Origin: an uncultured delta proteobacterium
Lineage (GTDB): Bacteria; Desulfobacterota; Desulfobacteria; Desulfobacterales; SG8-13
DNA: 64,000 nt
Direction: 5' to 3'
Assembly (NCBI GenBank): GCA_963848135.1
Contig: CAWKCK010000017.1
Span: forward strand, 682,001-746,000
Shown: positions 41,206 to 52,100 of the stretch, one piece after another
Position numbering within the stretch: position 1 is the stretch's first letter
Layout: every line of letters begins with the position of its first letter
The notes under the pieces: model-generated
Seen by the model: only the letters and a program-made list of their open reading frames with translations
The model's database searches: none
What the model was told of the DNA's origin: nothing
Translations under genes and position numbers: made by a program

Positions 41206-42621
41206 TTACGGCCCGGTAACATTCACTGCGTTGATTATCGTTTGGTACAAGGTGCCCGGCATCCAGAAAAAGAGCACGATAGAGGTCAGGAGCAGTGCGA
41301 ATTGGGGCCAAACCATGTGGGGGATTTCTTTCGCCTGGATTTCGGCCTCGGTGCTGCTGAAAGCGATCTTCATGACATGGTTGGCAAATCCGGCAAAAAT
41401 TACACAGATGCTCAGAATAAACAGTCCCACCCCCCAATAATGTCCGGTGCGAAAAGCGCCGAGGATAATGAAAATTTCACCCAGAAATATCCCGAACGGC
41501 GGCAGGCCGGCTATACCGACAAATCCGCCGAAAAATGCCACAAAGGTTTTGGGCATCAGTTTGGCAAGGTTTCCGGTGCTTTCTATCAAACGACTGCCGT
41601 ATCCAAGGAGAATATTTCCGGAACACAGGAACAGAGCCGATTTTATCAGGCTGTGATGGATCAGGCACAGCACGGCGCCATAGGCCCCTATTCCACCAAT
41701 GCCGGTACCGAAGGCAATGATACCCATGTTTTCGATACTCGAATAGGCCAACAGCCGTTTGTATTCGGTCTGCCTGATGATGAACGTGGCCGCTGCCAGC
41801 ATGGATACCAGGCCGAAGACGATCAGAATGGTGCCGGAGAAATCCCCCAGCCCTGCGGCCTGCATGATTTTATTGGTTTTGAATATCCCCAGGTAAGCAC
41901 AGTTGAGCAGCACACCCGACAAAAGGGCCGATGCCGGACTGGGGGCTTCACTATGCGCATCGGGCAGCCAGGTGTGCATCGGCGCCAGTCCCATCTTGGT
42001 ACCGTAGCCCACCAGAATAAAAACAAAACCGGTTTTGAGCCACAATGGATCGAGGCGTTGGGCCACTTCGGTCAGCGAAGAGAAGGCCACCGGAACATCC
42101 ACCCCGCCCACTTCCATGGAAAAGTCAATTAGAACCGAGCCCAGAAGGGCCAGTGCGATTCCCACCGAGCAGATCAATACATACTTCCAGGTGGCCTCGA
42201 GGGAAGCAGGCGATCGGTGGGTGTATATCAAGGGTGCACTGGCCAGCGTGGTGGCCTCGATGGCGATCCACATGACCATAATGTGGTCCGAGAGGGTGAC
42301 CATTGTCATGGTGGATAAAAAGAGCAGCATCGAGCCAGTGAAAATGTTCTCCGATCGGATATCGGCTTTTTTGAGATAGGCGATCGTATAGATGGAGATC
42401 AGGAAAAACAGCAGTGAAATGACCAGCAACGACAATAATCCCTCGGGTGTCACGGCGAAATAATCTGGAAACAGCGCTGTCGGCCGACGGATCCACAGCG
42501 AAAGTGACAGCAGCAGGTGGATGGCTCCGGTGATCACCAGCAGCGGCCGTCCGAAGGCCCGCGGGAGGAAAAAGGCGATGACACCGGTTAAAAACGGCGT
42601 CATGAATACAAGTTCAACCAT
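41206..42621 (-). CDS. hyfF: Proton-translocating antiporter-like subunit (HyfF/EhrD)
   Basis: WIAIEATTLAS, SLEATWKY, GYGTKMGLAPMHTWLPDAHSEAP, KRLLAYSSIE. Confidence 0.88.
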   Translation of the reverse strand: MVELVFMTPFLTGVIAFFLPRAFGRPLLVITGAIHLLLSLSLWIRRPTALFPDYFAVTPEGLLSLLVISLLFFLISIYTIAYLKKADIRSENIFTGSMLLFLSTMTMVTLSDHIMVMWIAIEATTLASAPLIYTHRSPASLEATWKYVLICSVGIALALLGSVLIDFSMEVGGVDVPVAFSSLTEVAQRLDPLWLKTGFVFILVGYGTKMGLAPMHTWLPDAHSEAPSPASALLSGVLLNCAYLGIFKTNKIMQAAGLGDFSGTILIVFGLVSMLAAATFIIRQTEYKRLLAYSSIENMGIIAFGTGIGGIGAYGAVLCLIHHSLIKSALFLCSGNILLGYGSRLIESTGNLAKLMPKTFVAFFGGFVGIAGLPPFGIFLGEIFIILGAFRTGHYWGVGLFILSICVIFAGFANHVMKIAFSSTEAEIQAKEIPHMVWPQFALLLTSIVLFFWMPGTLYQTIINAVNVTGP

Positions 42622-42632
42622 GAGAAACACAC

Positions 42633-43274
42633 CTATTCCTTTAAGGTTCTGAGCAGTGCCGTGTCCACATCATCGAAGGCCTGTTTGATATTCTGCAGAA
42701 TGACTGCCATTATCATGACCCCGGCCAATACGTCCAGAAGGATGCCGAATTCCACGATATGGCGGGCGCGAACGGAAAAGCTGGTGCCCACCAGATAGAT
42801 GCCGTTCTCCATCACGATATAACCGAGAACCATGGCAATCGCATTGCGACGGGCCATGAGCAGGAACATGCCCGCTGCCAGCAGGGTTATCGCGGTCGGG
42901 AGTAATAACGCGTTGCCGCTGGCCTGGGGTAAATTGAATTTCGGACTGACGAAAGTAGCGGCCACGATGAGGATCAATCCGACCAGAAGAGAGGCATGAT
43001 AGCCAACAATGGGCTCGACCTCCCGACGGATAGCGACTTTTTTAATCGCCAGATAGATGCATAGGGGGATGACGATACCCCGAATCAAAAGGGTAACCAG
43101 CGTAAACACGGTTCCACCGGTGGTCAGGTCATGGCCGATAAACAGCGGCACAATGGACACCGCCACGCCCTGAAAGGCGATAATTTTGATCAATGCCGGC
43201 AACCGACTGGTACCGAACGAGAATAAAACCGACAACAGAACCAAGGCTAATAGTGTATCGACGGAATCGATCAT
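42633..43274 (-). CDS. hyfE: Membrane subunit (HyfE/EhrC)
   Basis: AFQG, RREVEP, GYIVMENG, VEFGILLDV; ATGA overlap with the upstream gene. Confidence 0.85.
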   Translation of the reverse strand: MIDSVDTLLALVLLSVLFSFGTSRLPALIKIIAFQGVAVSIVPLFIGHDLTTGGTVFTLVTLLIRGIVIPLCIYLAIKKVAIRREVEPIVGYHASLLVGLILIVAATFVSPKFNLPQASGNALLLPTAITLLAAGMFLLMARRNAIAMVLGYIVMENGIYLVGTSFSVRARHIVEFGILLDVLAGVMIMAVILQNIKQAFDDVDTALLRTLKE

Positions 43275-44188
43275 CGCATGAACTCCAGGGTAATGACGGT
43301 TGCAAAAAATGCCAGGGCAAAAGATGTCAGGACAAACTGGGGCACCTTGTCCATCCGGTATCGGGCCATGACAGACTCGGTGACGCCGACAGCTGCGTAA
43401 ACCAATGCCAGAATGCAAAAGAACAGGCCGATATCTGCCAGCGTGCTGCCGAGCGTAAACGGGCAGATCAGCAAGCTGACCAATGTCGCATAGAAGAATA
43501 GCTTTAAAAAGGACCCCAACTCGATCAAGGCAAAATCGGGTCCGCTGTGATCCAGCACCATGACTTCATGGATCATCGTCAATTCCAGGTGGGTTGCCGG
43601 GTCATCCACCGGTACCCGTGAATTTTCCGTCAGCAGGATAATAAAAAATGCAATAATCACAAACAACAAGGGCGAACCGGCTGTTTGCCAGAGCAGAAGG
43701 GGCTGACCGCTCGAAAAATAGGCCGCCAGACTCAATTGCCCGGTGAGAATAGTAAACAGGATTAAAATCATGAACAGTGTGGCTTCACAAATAATAGGGA
43801 AATAGGCCTCACGGGCCGCACCCATACCTTCAAAGGGCGAGGCGGTGTCCATAGCGGCGGCAATCGTGAAAAACCGCCCCAGGCCAAACAGGTAAAGCAG
43901 CAGGATGATATCTCCGTTGAAAGAAAATAGCGGTGGTTGGCCGGCAATGGGTAAAAACATCAGTGCCGTGACAGCAGCAGACAGAGAGACCATAGGGCCC
44001 AGTTTGAAAATAAAGGTGGTACTGGTACTGTAAACCGACCCCTTTTTGAACAATTTGATCATCGTAAAATAGTTGATGAGCAACGGCGGCCCTTTTTTGC
44101 CGCCAAAAAACGCCTTGACCTTGAGGATAAGCGCTGAATACAGCGGTGCCAGAAATATCGCCAAGGCCAGAATGATTATGGATCTCAT
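43271..44188 (-). CDS. hyfC: NuoH-like membrane subunit (HyfC/HycD/EhrB)
   Basis: GPP, MDTASPFEGMGAARE, ENSRVPVDDPATHLELTMIHEVMVLDHSGP. Confidence 0.9.
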   Translation of the reverse strand: MRSIIILALAIFLAPLYSALILKVKAFFGGKKGPPLLINYFTMIKLFKKGSVYSTSTTFIFKLGPMVSLSAAVTALMFLPIAGQPPLFSFNGDIILLLYLFGLGRFFTIAAAMDTASPFEGMGAAREAYFPIICEATLFMILILFTILTGQLSLAAYFSSGQPLLLWQTAGSPLLFVIIAFFIILLTENSRVPVDDPATHLELTMIHEVMVLDHSGPDFALIELGSFLKLFFYATLVSLLICPFTLGSTLADIGLFFCILALVYAAVGVTESVMARYRMDKVPQFVLTSFALAFFATVITLEFMR

Positions 44189-44239
44189 TACAATATCCCC
44201 ATCCTTATCATGTATCGCGAGGGCTGCCGCCTCCCCGGG

Positions 44240-46198
44240 CTAAACGAAAAACAGCAGGGCCACAATTGCCAGCAGAATATAACCGATATATAAGTGTATA
44301 TCCCCGTGTTGCAGCCAGCGCAATTTGTCGAAAAGCGACAGAATCGGTCGCACAACGATGCGTTCCATGTGCAATTCGGCAATATCATTGACGTGGCTAC
44401 GGTAATGGGTTTGTTGGGGGAAATTCCCCCGTACCTTCAGTTCGTCTTCGGTCAAGGGTGCGACCGGTCTGAAAAACTCGAGAATCGAAGCGGCATAAGA
44501 AGATCCCGTGTACTGCATTTTAACCGTGGGCTGGGTGAATCCGCAGCCCCAGGTGCCGGATCGGGTAATGGTTTTGCCCCTATACAAAGCTGTGCGTAGC
44601 GCCAAAATGACGAAAAAAACGGCGAAAATGAGAGCGGCGGCTCGGGTAATGTTTCCGGTCAGATGCTCAAAGGGTGCCAATGGAACCACGCCGTAACCCA
44701 ACTGCAAAGATGCAACGGCCTTGACCGCCATGGTCATAAACAACGTCGGAAACACGCCGATGACGATGCAGGCAATTGCTAGCACCAGCATGGGGATCAG
44801 CATCATGGGCCCGTCTTCATCCACTCTTTCCGCGGCCTTGCTGCGCGGCTCACCTTGAAAGACAACGCCCACCACCTTGGTGAAACAGGCCAGGGCCAGC
44901 CCCCCAATAACTGCCAGGCTCACGATCGCCAAGAGGCTGAACGCAAAGTCTGTCCTACCCAGTGCAATGCCGCGAAAACCGCCGAGATAGATTAAAAACT
45001 CGCTCACAAAACCGTTTAGCGGGGGAAGACCGGATATGGCCAAAGAACCGATTAAAAAAGTCGTCCCGGTAATCTTCATCTTCTTGATCAGACCGCCCAG
45101 AAGATCGATGGACCGTGTGCCGGTTTTGCGCAACACCATGCCGGCCCCCATAAACAGGAGGGATTTAAAGATCGAATGGTTCAAGACATGCAACAGTCCG
45201 CCGGCAAATCCGAGCACGGCCATGACCGGTTGGTCGGCAGAGACCCCGATCATTCCAATTCCGATACCGATCAGGATGATCCCGATATTTTCAACACTAT
45301 GGTAGGCCAGCAGGCGCTTGAGATCGTGCTGGCCGAGTGCGTAGACCACGCCCAATACTCCGGATAGGATACCGGCAATCAATACGATGTCGCCAAACAA
45401 CGCCGTATGCCAGTCCAACACCGCGTAGATGCGAACGATCCCGTAAATGCCGGTCTTGATCATGACGCCCGACATCACGGCGGAGATATGGCTGGAAGCC
45501 GCCGGGTGGGCATGGGGAAGCCAGACGTGAAAGGGGAAGACACCGGCCTTGGAGCCAAAACCGATAAAAGCCAGAACAAAGACGAGAATTTTGGCAGCAT
45601 CCGGCAAGTTGGCTGCCGCATCGAAATCGATGCGGCCCGTATGGGCATATATGACAGCGAACGCTGCAAATATGAACATGGCCCCCACTTGGGAAAATAC
45701 AAAATAAAGATAGCCCGCGCGTCTGTTTTCTTCAATTTCGTAGTTGTAAACCACCAGGAAAAACGACGCCAGGGACATGATTTCCCAGGACAGCATAAAG
45801 CTAATCAGGTTACTGGCGGTCACCACCAGCGCCATGGCAGCAACGAGAAGGCTGAAAAAAAAGTAATGGACCGCCGTCCGAAATGCTTTGGCAGGGTTGT
45901 CCATGTAATGAAAACTATAAAGGGCAGCCAATAGTGAGACGGCGAAAATGGCGATAAGGAAAAAAGAGGATAGTGCGTCCAATTGAAACGTCAGGGAGAA
46001 AACATTCAGGTAACTGAAAGAAACGGAATAGATTTGGGGTTGGAACAGTTTAATTGTCGCATAGACCAGCCCTATCAGGCATCCAAAACCGATGCCCAGA
46101 ACACCGGCCGCTTTCATGAAGACAAACTTACGCCCAAAAAAAAGAGGCACAAGGCCTCCGTAAAGGATCAACGCTACCGCAAAGAAAAAGTGATTCAT
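44240..46198 (-). CDS. hyfB: Proton-translocating antiporter-like subunit (HyfB/HycC/EhrA)
   Basis: WEIMSLAS, GFGSKAG.FPFHVWLPHAHP, KRLLAYHSVENIG, GLPPLNGFVSE, WGCG, MQYT. Confidence 0.9.
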   Translation of the reverse strand: MNHFFFAVALILYGGLVPLFFGRKFVFMKAAGVLGIGFGCLIGLVYATIKLFQPQIYSVSFSYLNVFSLTFQLDALSSFFLIAIFAVSLLAALYSFHYMDNPAKAFRTAVHYFFFSLLVAAMALVVTASNLISFMLSWEIMSLASFFLVVYNYEIEENRRAGYLYFVFSQVGAMFIFAAFAVIYAHTGRIDFDAAANLPDAAKILVFVLAFIGFGSKAGVFPFHVWLPHAHPAASSHISAVMSGVMIKTGIYGIVRIYAVLDWHTALFGDIVLIAGILSGVLGVVYALGQHDLKRLLAYHSVENIGIILIGIGIGMIGVSADQPVMAVLGFAGGLLHVLNHSIFKSLLFMGAGMVLRKTGTRSIDLLGGLIKKMKITGTTFLIGSLAISGLPPLNGFVSEFLIYLGGFRGIALGRTDFAFSLLAIVSLAVIGGLALACFTKVVGVVFQGEPRSKAAERVDEDGPMMLIPMLVLAIACIVIGVFPTLFMTMAVKAVASLQLGYGVVPLAPFEHLTGNITRAAALIFAVFFVILALRTALYRGKTITRSGTWGCGFTQPTVKMQYTGSSYAASILEFFRPVAPLTEDELKVRGNFPQQTHYRSHVNDIAELHMERIVVRPILSLFDKLRWLQHGDIHLYIGYILLAIVALLFFV

Positions 46199-46762
46199 AA
46201 CGCCCCTTTTTAGTCCGGCAATATAACAACCCGACAGCAGGTAAAGGCTGGGAAACGGATCCTAGCGTCCGGTAGAATTAGAAGTTAGGTTTCAGCAGGC
46301 GTGCCGACCTTAAAGAGCCCAATTTAAGTAAATAATTTTGGTTGTATATTTTAAAATCAGTTTTGAGTCAACCCTGTTTAGAACGAGGACGTAACCCCCT
46401 CCAAAGATCAGATTTTGAAAAAAATGATCCTGGGTACGACCAATCAATGAAACGTTGATACGAACTATTGACCTGTGCGATTTCGTCCGAACCGATTGAT
46501 TCGCCCTCGAATTTTCTCTCAGTGTTTTATTCAAAAAGGGCATTGATCCCTTTCGATTTCTTAGATCACATGGCTTGAATGGGTGAAGGAAATGCTTAAG
46601 CTATTTAAAAACCTGAACGGAGGGAATGATCAGCAGCGAAGGCGGGCATTGCCTGAATGCACAATTGCCGGATGAATCAATGACATTTTTCCTTTTTAGC
46701 CATCCCCTGAATGGCACTATGTTTAGCATGTCTATCAATTTTCAATACAGGAGTTGCCGTCT

Positions 46763-47317
46763 ATGAAAACATACAAGGTAAAGGATACGATGGTGCCGTT
46801 ATCCGAATACACCACCATCAATCAGAATGCGACCCTTGGGGAGGCACTTATCAGCCTGAGAGATCTCATGCAGAATTCGGTGCACGATCACAATATCCAC
46901 CGCAGCCTCCTGGTATTGGATGATCACGTCAAAGTCGTCGGCAAGTTGAGCCAGCTGGATTTGATTTTGGGCCTTGAAGAAGGCTATCGTAAGATTGGCG
47001 ATCTGAAAGGGGTGACTCACTCTGGCTATGATCCGAAATTTATCAAAGCCATGATCGAAAAAAACAGGATGTGGGAAAAGCCGCTGGATGAAATCTGCCG
47101 CAAGGCGATTGGAATCAAGGTCAGGGACATCATGTACACACCGACCCGGGGCGAATACCTGGATTCAGAAGCCTCCCTCGACGTCGCCATCCATCAATTG
47201 GGAATGGGGCGGCACCATGCCCTGCTTGTGACTGAAAAAGACCGGGTGGTGGGTGTCCTGAGGTTAAGTGATATCTTCGATGTGGTCGATGAGGCCATCC
47301 AGAAATGCAGTCTCTAA
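46763..47317 (+). CDS. CBS-domain protein, paralog of 34874-35440
   Basis: VKD.MVPL.EY, HR..LV, VGKLSQ.D, KPL..IC.KA, GE....ASLD.AIH.L..G.H..LLV, G.LRL.D.F shared with the first copy. Confidence 0.88.
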   Translation: MKTYKVKDTMVPLSEYTTINQNATLGEALISLRDLMQNSVHDHNIHRSLLVLDDHVKVVGKLSQLDLILGLEEGYRKIGDLKGVTHSGYDPKFIKAMIEKNRMWEKPLDEICRKAIGIKVRDIMYTPTRGEYLDSEASLDVAIHQLGMGRHHALLVTEKDRVVGVLRLSDIFDVVDEAIQKCSL

Positions 47318-47964
47318 ACCCAGCCTGTAGTGGCTTGACGTCCGGACTAAAAAATATCCTAATTTGCGATATCGGCGATGTCTGCAATCCGATTCAAAAC
47401 CGCCAACAATCATTTTTAATATTGGATACGGATTCCTCTTGCTCACCTCCTCGCCATACCAGGAGATCGGTGTCGACCGCGCCCGCGCGACCCTCAAGGC
47501 CCGTTTTCTGTCCCAGTTTGCATCTGATGTTATCAACAAGGCCTATCCTGAGCTTCACCAAAAGATGGTCCCCTACACCGCAGTGTTAGATTGGAGTACG
47601 CGGAATCTTGAAGTCATTTGAACGAATCTTCCGGCGTATGCCTCCCCTCTCCAGTTGGTTTAAAATCTCAAGCTTCATCGCCTCCTCATAGAACGATGTT
47701 TCCAAGAATTTCTCAATTAATCTTTACTTTTTCAGACACCTGTTAAAGCTTTTTTGCTTGATCCAAAATTATTTTTTGCTCCAATTTCCTTGGACAATTC
47801 GATTGAACGCTTCAGATAGACTTGGGCTTTCTGTTCAGTTACGAAATAATTGCCAATGAGAAAAGGAATGTTTTTGATGATGTTTGATCATGATCGTTTT
47901 TTACCAGAAAGGCGTCATTCAGAATGTGCTCGACGAAATGTAAATTGCAAAATTAAGTTCCCGT

Positions 47965-47980
47965 TGGCATCCAGAATGCA
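47965..47980 (+). promoter_or_regulatory. Candidate sigma-54 promoter (-24/-12)
   Basis: TGGCAT-CCAGA-ATGCA with GG-N10-GC spacing. Confidence 0.35.
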
Positions 47981-48223
47981 TATATTAGCAATGCATATAT
48001 TTGTTATGAACACCGATAGCATTGGGGGTGCAGTCGTGAAATGCCTCTTTTATAATAAAACCACCGGATAAACCGTATAGCTTACTGATGGAAATTTTCG
48101 TTCAAACCATGTGGTAACTGGAGCCGAGGGGGAACTTTCAGTAGGTGCTGTGGCGCTAAAAATTCTTTTACCATGTGATAAAACACGTGACACGGAGGGT
48201 GATTCTTCGAGATATTTAAACAA

Positions 48224-48413
48224 AGGTTGAGCGGCTCAGGGTTCAACGTTCCGGGTTAGAAAAACTCCCAACCAGCTCCTAGCAAAGTGAATCAACTGTT
48301 ATATGTTAATACAGCTTTGTCGCCCAATGGGTGAAGTCGGGTATTCCGGATCTTTATCAATATAGTAAGCAGGTTCAAACATTGGTAACCTTTGAACCCT
48401 GAACCTGGAACCC
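48224..48413. mobile_element. MITE-like element with heptamer-periodic inverted ends
   Basis: Left GGCTCAG-GGTTCAA-CGTTCCG-GGTTA; right TAACC-TTTGAAC-CCTGAAC-CTGGAAC. Confidence 0.55.
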
Positions 48414-48464
48414 ATCAGTTTAGGTTTGAGATTCATCAGACGCGTTCAAAAAAGGAGGGTAGCC

Positions 48465-48764
48465 ATGAACAACCAGAAGGTATCCAAAAAAGCAGGCCGC
48501 CGCAGGGTGTCTTTCACGTTCTATGCCCCGCAGGCCAACAAAGTTATGCTTTTGGGCGACTTCAACAACTGGAAAGCCGGGGCCTCCCCGATGAAAAAAA
48601 ATACCGACGGACTCTGGCAGAAAATATCTTATCTTTATCCCGGGAAGTACGAGTACCGCTTTCTGGTGGACGACAAGTGGTATTGTGACCCGCGCAACTT
48701 GAAGCGCTGCCCCAACTGCTTCGGTTCCGAGAACACCATCATCGAAGTCGAAGCGCGGAAATAA
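48465..48764 (+). CDS. Glycogen-binding (CBM48/AMPK-beta-like, isoamylase early set) domain protein
   Basis: V.F.F.AP.A..V.L.GDFNNW, G.W.....L.PG.YEYRFLVD..W..DP; RBS AAGGAGG. Confidence 0.9.
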   Translation: MNNQKVSKKAGRRRVSFTFYAPQANKVMLLGDFNNWKAGASPMKKNTDGLWQKISYLYPGKYEYRFLVDDKWYCDPRNLKRCPNCFGSENTIIEVEARK

Positions 48765-49102
48765 GTCCTCAGATCGCTCTGTAACATCTAAATTCAAACG
48801 CGCTCTATCTTGACGACCAATATGTTTTGAGAAAGCATGATACGAAATGCTGGAATGTGGATTGTTAAGCGAAAAACGTATCGAGTTCGACTTGCCGGTT
48901 GTTCTGGACGTGTTCCGGGAAGATGAGATTATTGTGGAAGAAGCGAGTTGTTTATTTCAGAAACAGCTGTTCTGAGGTGGGAGTTAGAAGACATGTGGAT
49001 TCCCATTTTGGAATATCGATCGCCACTCGAAAAGGTAGATTTCTATGACTGGCCGGATGTTGTTCGTGAGTATGATATCAAGTATCAATGCGGGACTTGC
49101 CG

Positions 49103-52100
49103 TTAAGACTTGCCCGCCACTGCCAATGACAGCATCGAAGATGCCGGTTTACCATCCGTTACCGCCGCCGGCTCTTTGACTGTCACCTGCTCTTGCGTTA
49201 TACCGCCTTCCATTGTCAGTTCATCAACGATCGCCTGTCCCCTGGCGGCAGCCAGTTCATTCAGGGTGGATTTATCGAAGGGTTCATTCTCTACCAAGCG
49301 GGTATATGCGGCCTTCGACAAAGCGCCCGGATCCCCACCCTTGGCCGATGCGTCCGGCGGGGAATTGCTATCGGCGCCCTCATCCGGTTGACTGGCGATG
49401 GCGCCTTCCAGCTTCTTAAGTTCTGACGCGCCAAAGCGCTCCTTGAACATAGATGTCAAAGCTTTTTGGGTTTCGGGGCTACCGAAATCGACCGGATCGG
49501 GTTTTTCATCCGGCGCAAGCGTCGTTCCAAGCTTCGCGGCCAGAGAACGGCGCACGCTCATACCCTTAAGGGCGGCTCCATCGACTTTGGTACTGTAACG
49601 GCCCTGGATTTCGAGAGTCAGCTGCGGCCGCTGCCGCAGCGCCTGCGCCAATTTATTGATTTTTTCCTTTTCAGGTGGCGACAACGCGTATTCTCCGGGC
49701 TCGAAAGCGATGGTGTCGAGGTCATCTGATCCGCCGGGAATCATTCCACCCAGGACACGGAACGGTGCCGTCACGATCTTGGTGATCAGGTTGAATAGGG
49801 CCTGACCAATCAGGTGCCCGTAACTGAATTTGGGATCATTCAGATCGCCTTGCACCGGCAGGCCGATATCGATGACACCATCCGTATTCTCCATTAGGGC
49901 AATGGCCAGATCCAGCGGCAAGTTGGTGGCATCAGGGGAGTCCACTTTTTCGCCGAGTTGAATGCGATCCACGACAATCTTGTGATCTCCCTTGAGCTGC
50001 CCATTGTCAATTTTGTACTCCAGGTCAAGGGATAGCTTACCCGAGTCGATTTGCCGGCCGGCAAATTTTCCCGAGTATGGGGTCAGGTTGCTCATCTCGA
50101 TGTTGTGAAAGTCCATGGTAATGTCCGTGAAACCCACCGGATCGAACGTATTGATCTCCCCGCCGATTTTCGCTTGTCCGTATTGATCGACCTTGCCTTC
50201 GAGTTCGACCTGGGCGCGGGCATTCCGTGAGGATGACATCCCGGCAATCACCCCGCTGAGCGCCTCGATTTTTGTGCCGAACTGGGGTGTCAAGGTAAGG
50301 TCGGCAAAATCAAGGCTCGCATTGTCGACCCGCACCTTTTTTACGCTAACCGGAAAGCTTCCGTTCTTAGTGTCCTTTGCGGCACCGCCTCCTTCCGGTA
50401 TAGCGGTACCGCCCCTGTCTTTCATCACATTGGCCAGATTGACAGATCCATCTTCATGGATAATCAATTGAGCGACCAGCTGTAACAGTTTGAGTTCTCG
50501 AATGTCGAGCCGATTCGGCTGCAAGGTTAGTTTGAGCTGCTCGGTACTGAGCGCTTTCCATCCCAGTAACGTATCCTTTGAATCGGGCTCGGTGATTCTC
50601 AACCGGGCCAAGTTGAATCCCCCGGCGTAAGCAAGATCGCCACCGGCAGACTTCTGGCCATAGGTCAATTTCCCGCTGGAAGAAAACGTGCCGGAATGCA
50701 GCACGATATCTGCCACGGCATCGACGATGGGTTGGAAGGGTGTCAGTGCCACCGCGTCGATGTTGATTTCAGATTCCAGCGACGGACCGGTGGGGTCGAA
50801 AGTGCCGCTGGCAGTCATGCCGCCACCCTCCCGGATCTTGAAATCCAGGTTGAATCCCGTGGGGGATTTGCCGTCGACATCGCTGAGGCTGATATTCAAG
50901 GGTTCAATGAAAAATAGCTGCCCATCCGGTTTTAATGCACGATCACTGATGCTGGCTGTAAGGCCTGAGAACTCGATTGTTTTCGCAGAAAATTGCCACG
51001 GCTCGCCCTTTGCTGCCGCCTCCTCGGATTGGCGCTGAAGGGTGCGACTTTCCGGGGGGACGATCAGGTGAAACAGGTTGACTTCTCCATTGGCATTACG
51101 CTCCAGGATGATGTGGCCCCCCTCGAAACCGACCCGCGATACCGTGAAATTGCGCTGAAGAAGATCGAAGGCACCCTCCTGCAACACAAGCTGGTCAACA
51201 CGGATCAATGGCTCGGGCACCTCTGCCAGACCGGCATGGACGTTATCGAGGTTGACAGCCATATTCTGTGCCCGCAGGTTTGTCGGGCCTGCGCCGGCTT
51301 CAGCTTCGATACTGAAATTTACTTTTACGGCATCGATCCCGGCGGCCGATTCCGGCGCGACGCTCGCATCGCGGTACGCAAATGCGATGCCATCGATCTC
51401 GACGTTCCCCATTTTTACTTTCCACGGCGCATCTTTATCACCATCGACCGCGGACGGCCCCTTGTCTGTTTGGGGTAATGGGGGCGAGGTATCCCCATTT
51501 TTGGGTGTCGGTCCTATTATTCGCTTCAGGTCCAATGTCCCCTTTTCGTCGACCGCCATTCGTACCGCGCCGCCGCTCAGCGCCACGCGTTCAATTTCCA
51601 ACTGCCGGGTCGCCAAATCAAAACGGGCGTTGTTCAGTTCGGTTGTTCCGATATTCAAGAATGAATCGGTGGCACCGTCTAACTTCAGCGCCAAATCGGA
51701 GAGACGGACGTCGAGACGGCTGAGTATCAACTGAGGTTCTGCCGGGCTGAAATCGATCTGATAATCGGTACTCACCTGCAAATGCCCTTCAGGGGGTTCG
51801 ATATTGATCGCGTCGCTGACAAATTCATACATGGTGGCGGCCTGAACGTTATCAAATGCAAGGCTGCCCGACGATCTGATCGGATTCAGGAATACTTCCC
51901 CCGTCCATTTCAGTTCCGTTCCGTCGTCGGTGATTGCGGTCAGTGAATAGGGACCTTTCCGTTCGGGAAGGGTCGATATATTTTTAAGTTCAAGATCTAC
52001 CGGGCTGATCTTCACGGTGGCTGGGGTGGATTGGCGACGGTCGGAAATATCGATTTCACCTTCCTTTATCGCGACAGAGTAAAGCAAAACACGCATCGGT

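Noticed and set aside
46712..46728. TGGCACTATGTTTAGCA as a sigma-54 promoter for the second CBS gene (and CGGCACGCCTGCTGAA at 46306-46291 for ehr)
   Set aside because: GG-to-GC spacing is 11 in the first, and -12 is GA in the second. Neither is supportable without TSS data.
47340..47690. RBS-led short minus-strand ORF and possible gene relic; similar relic-like text at 48837-49100 and 7120-7335
   Set aside because: The frames are short and interrupted, and I could not recognise a family.
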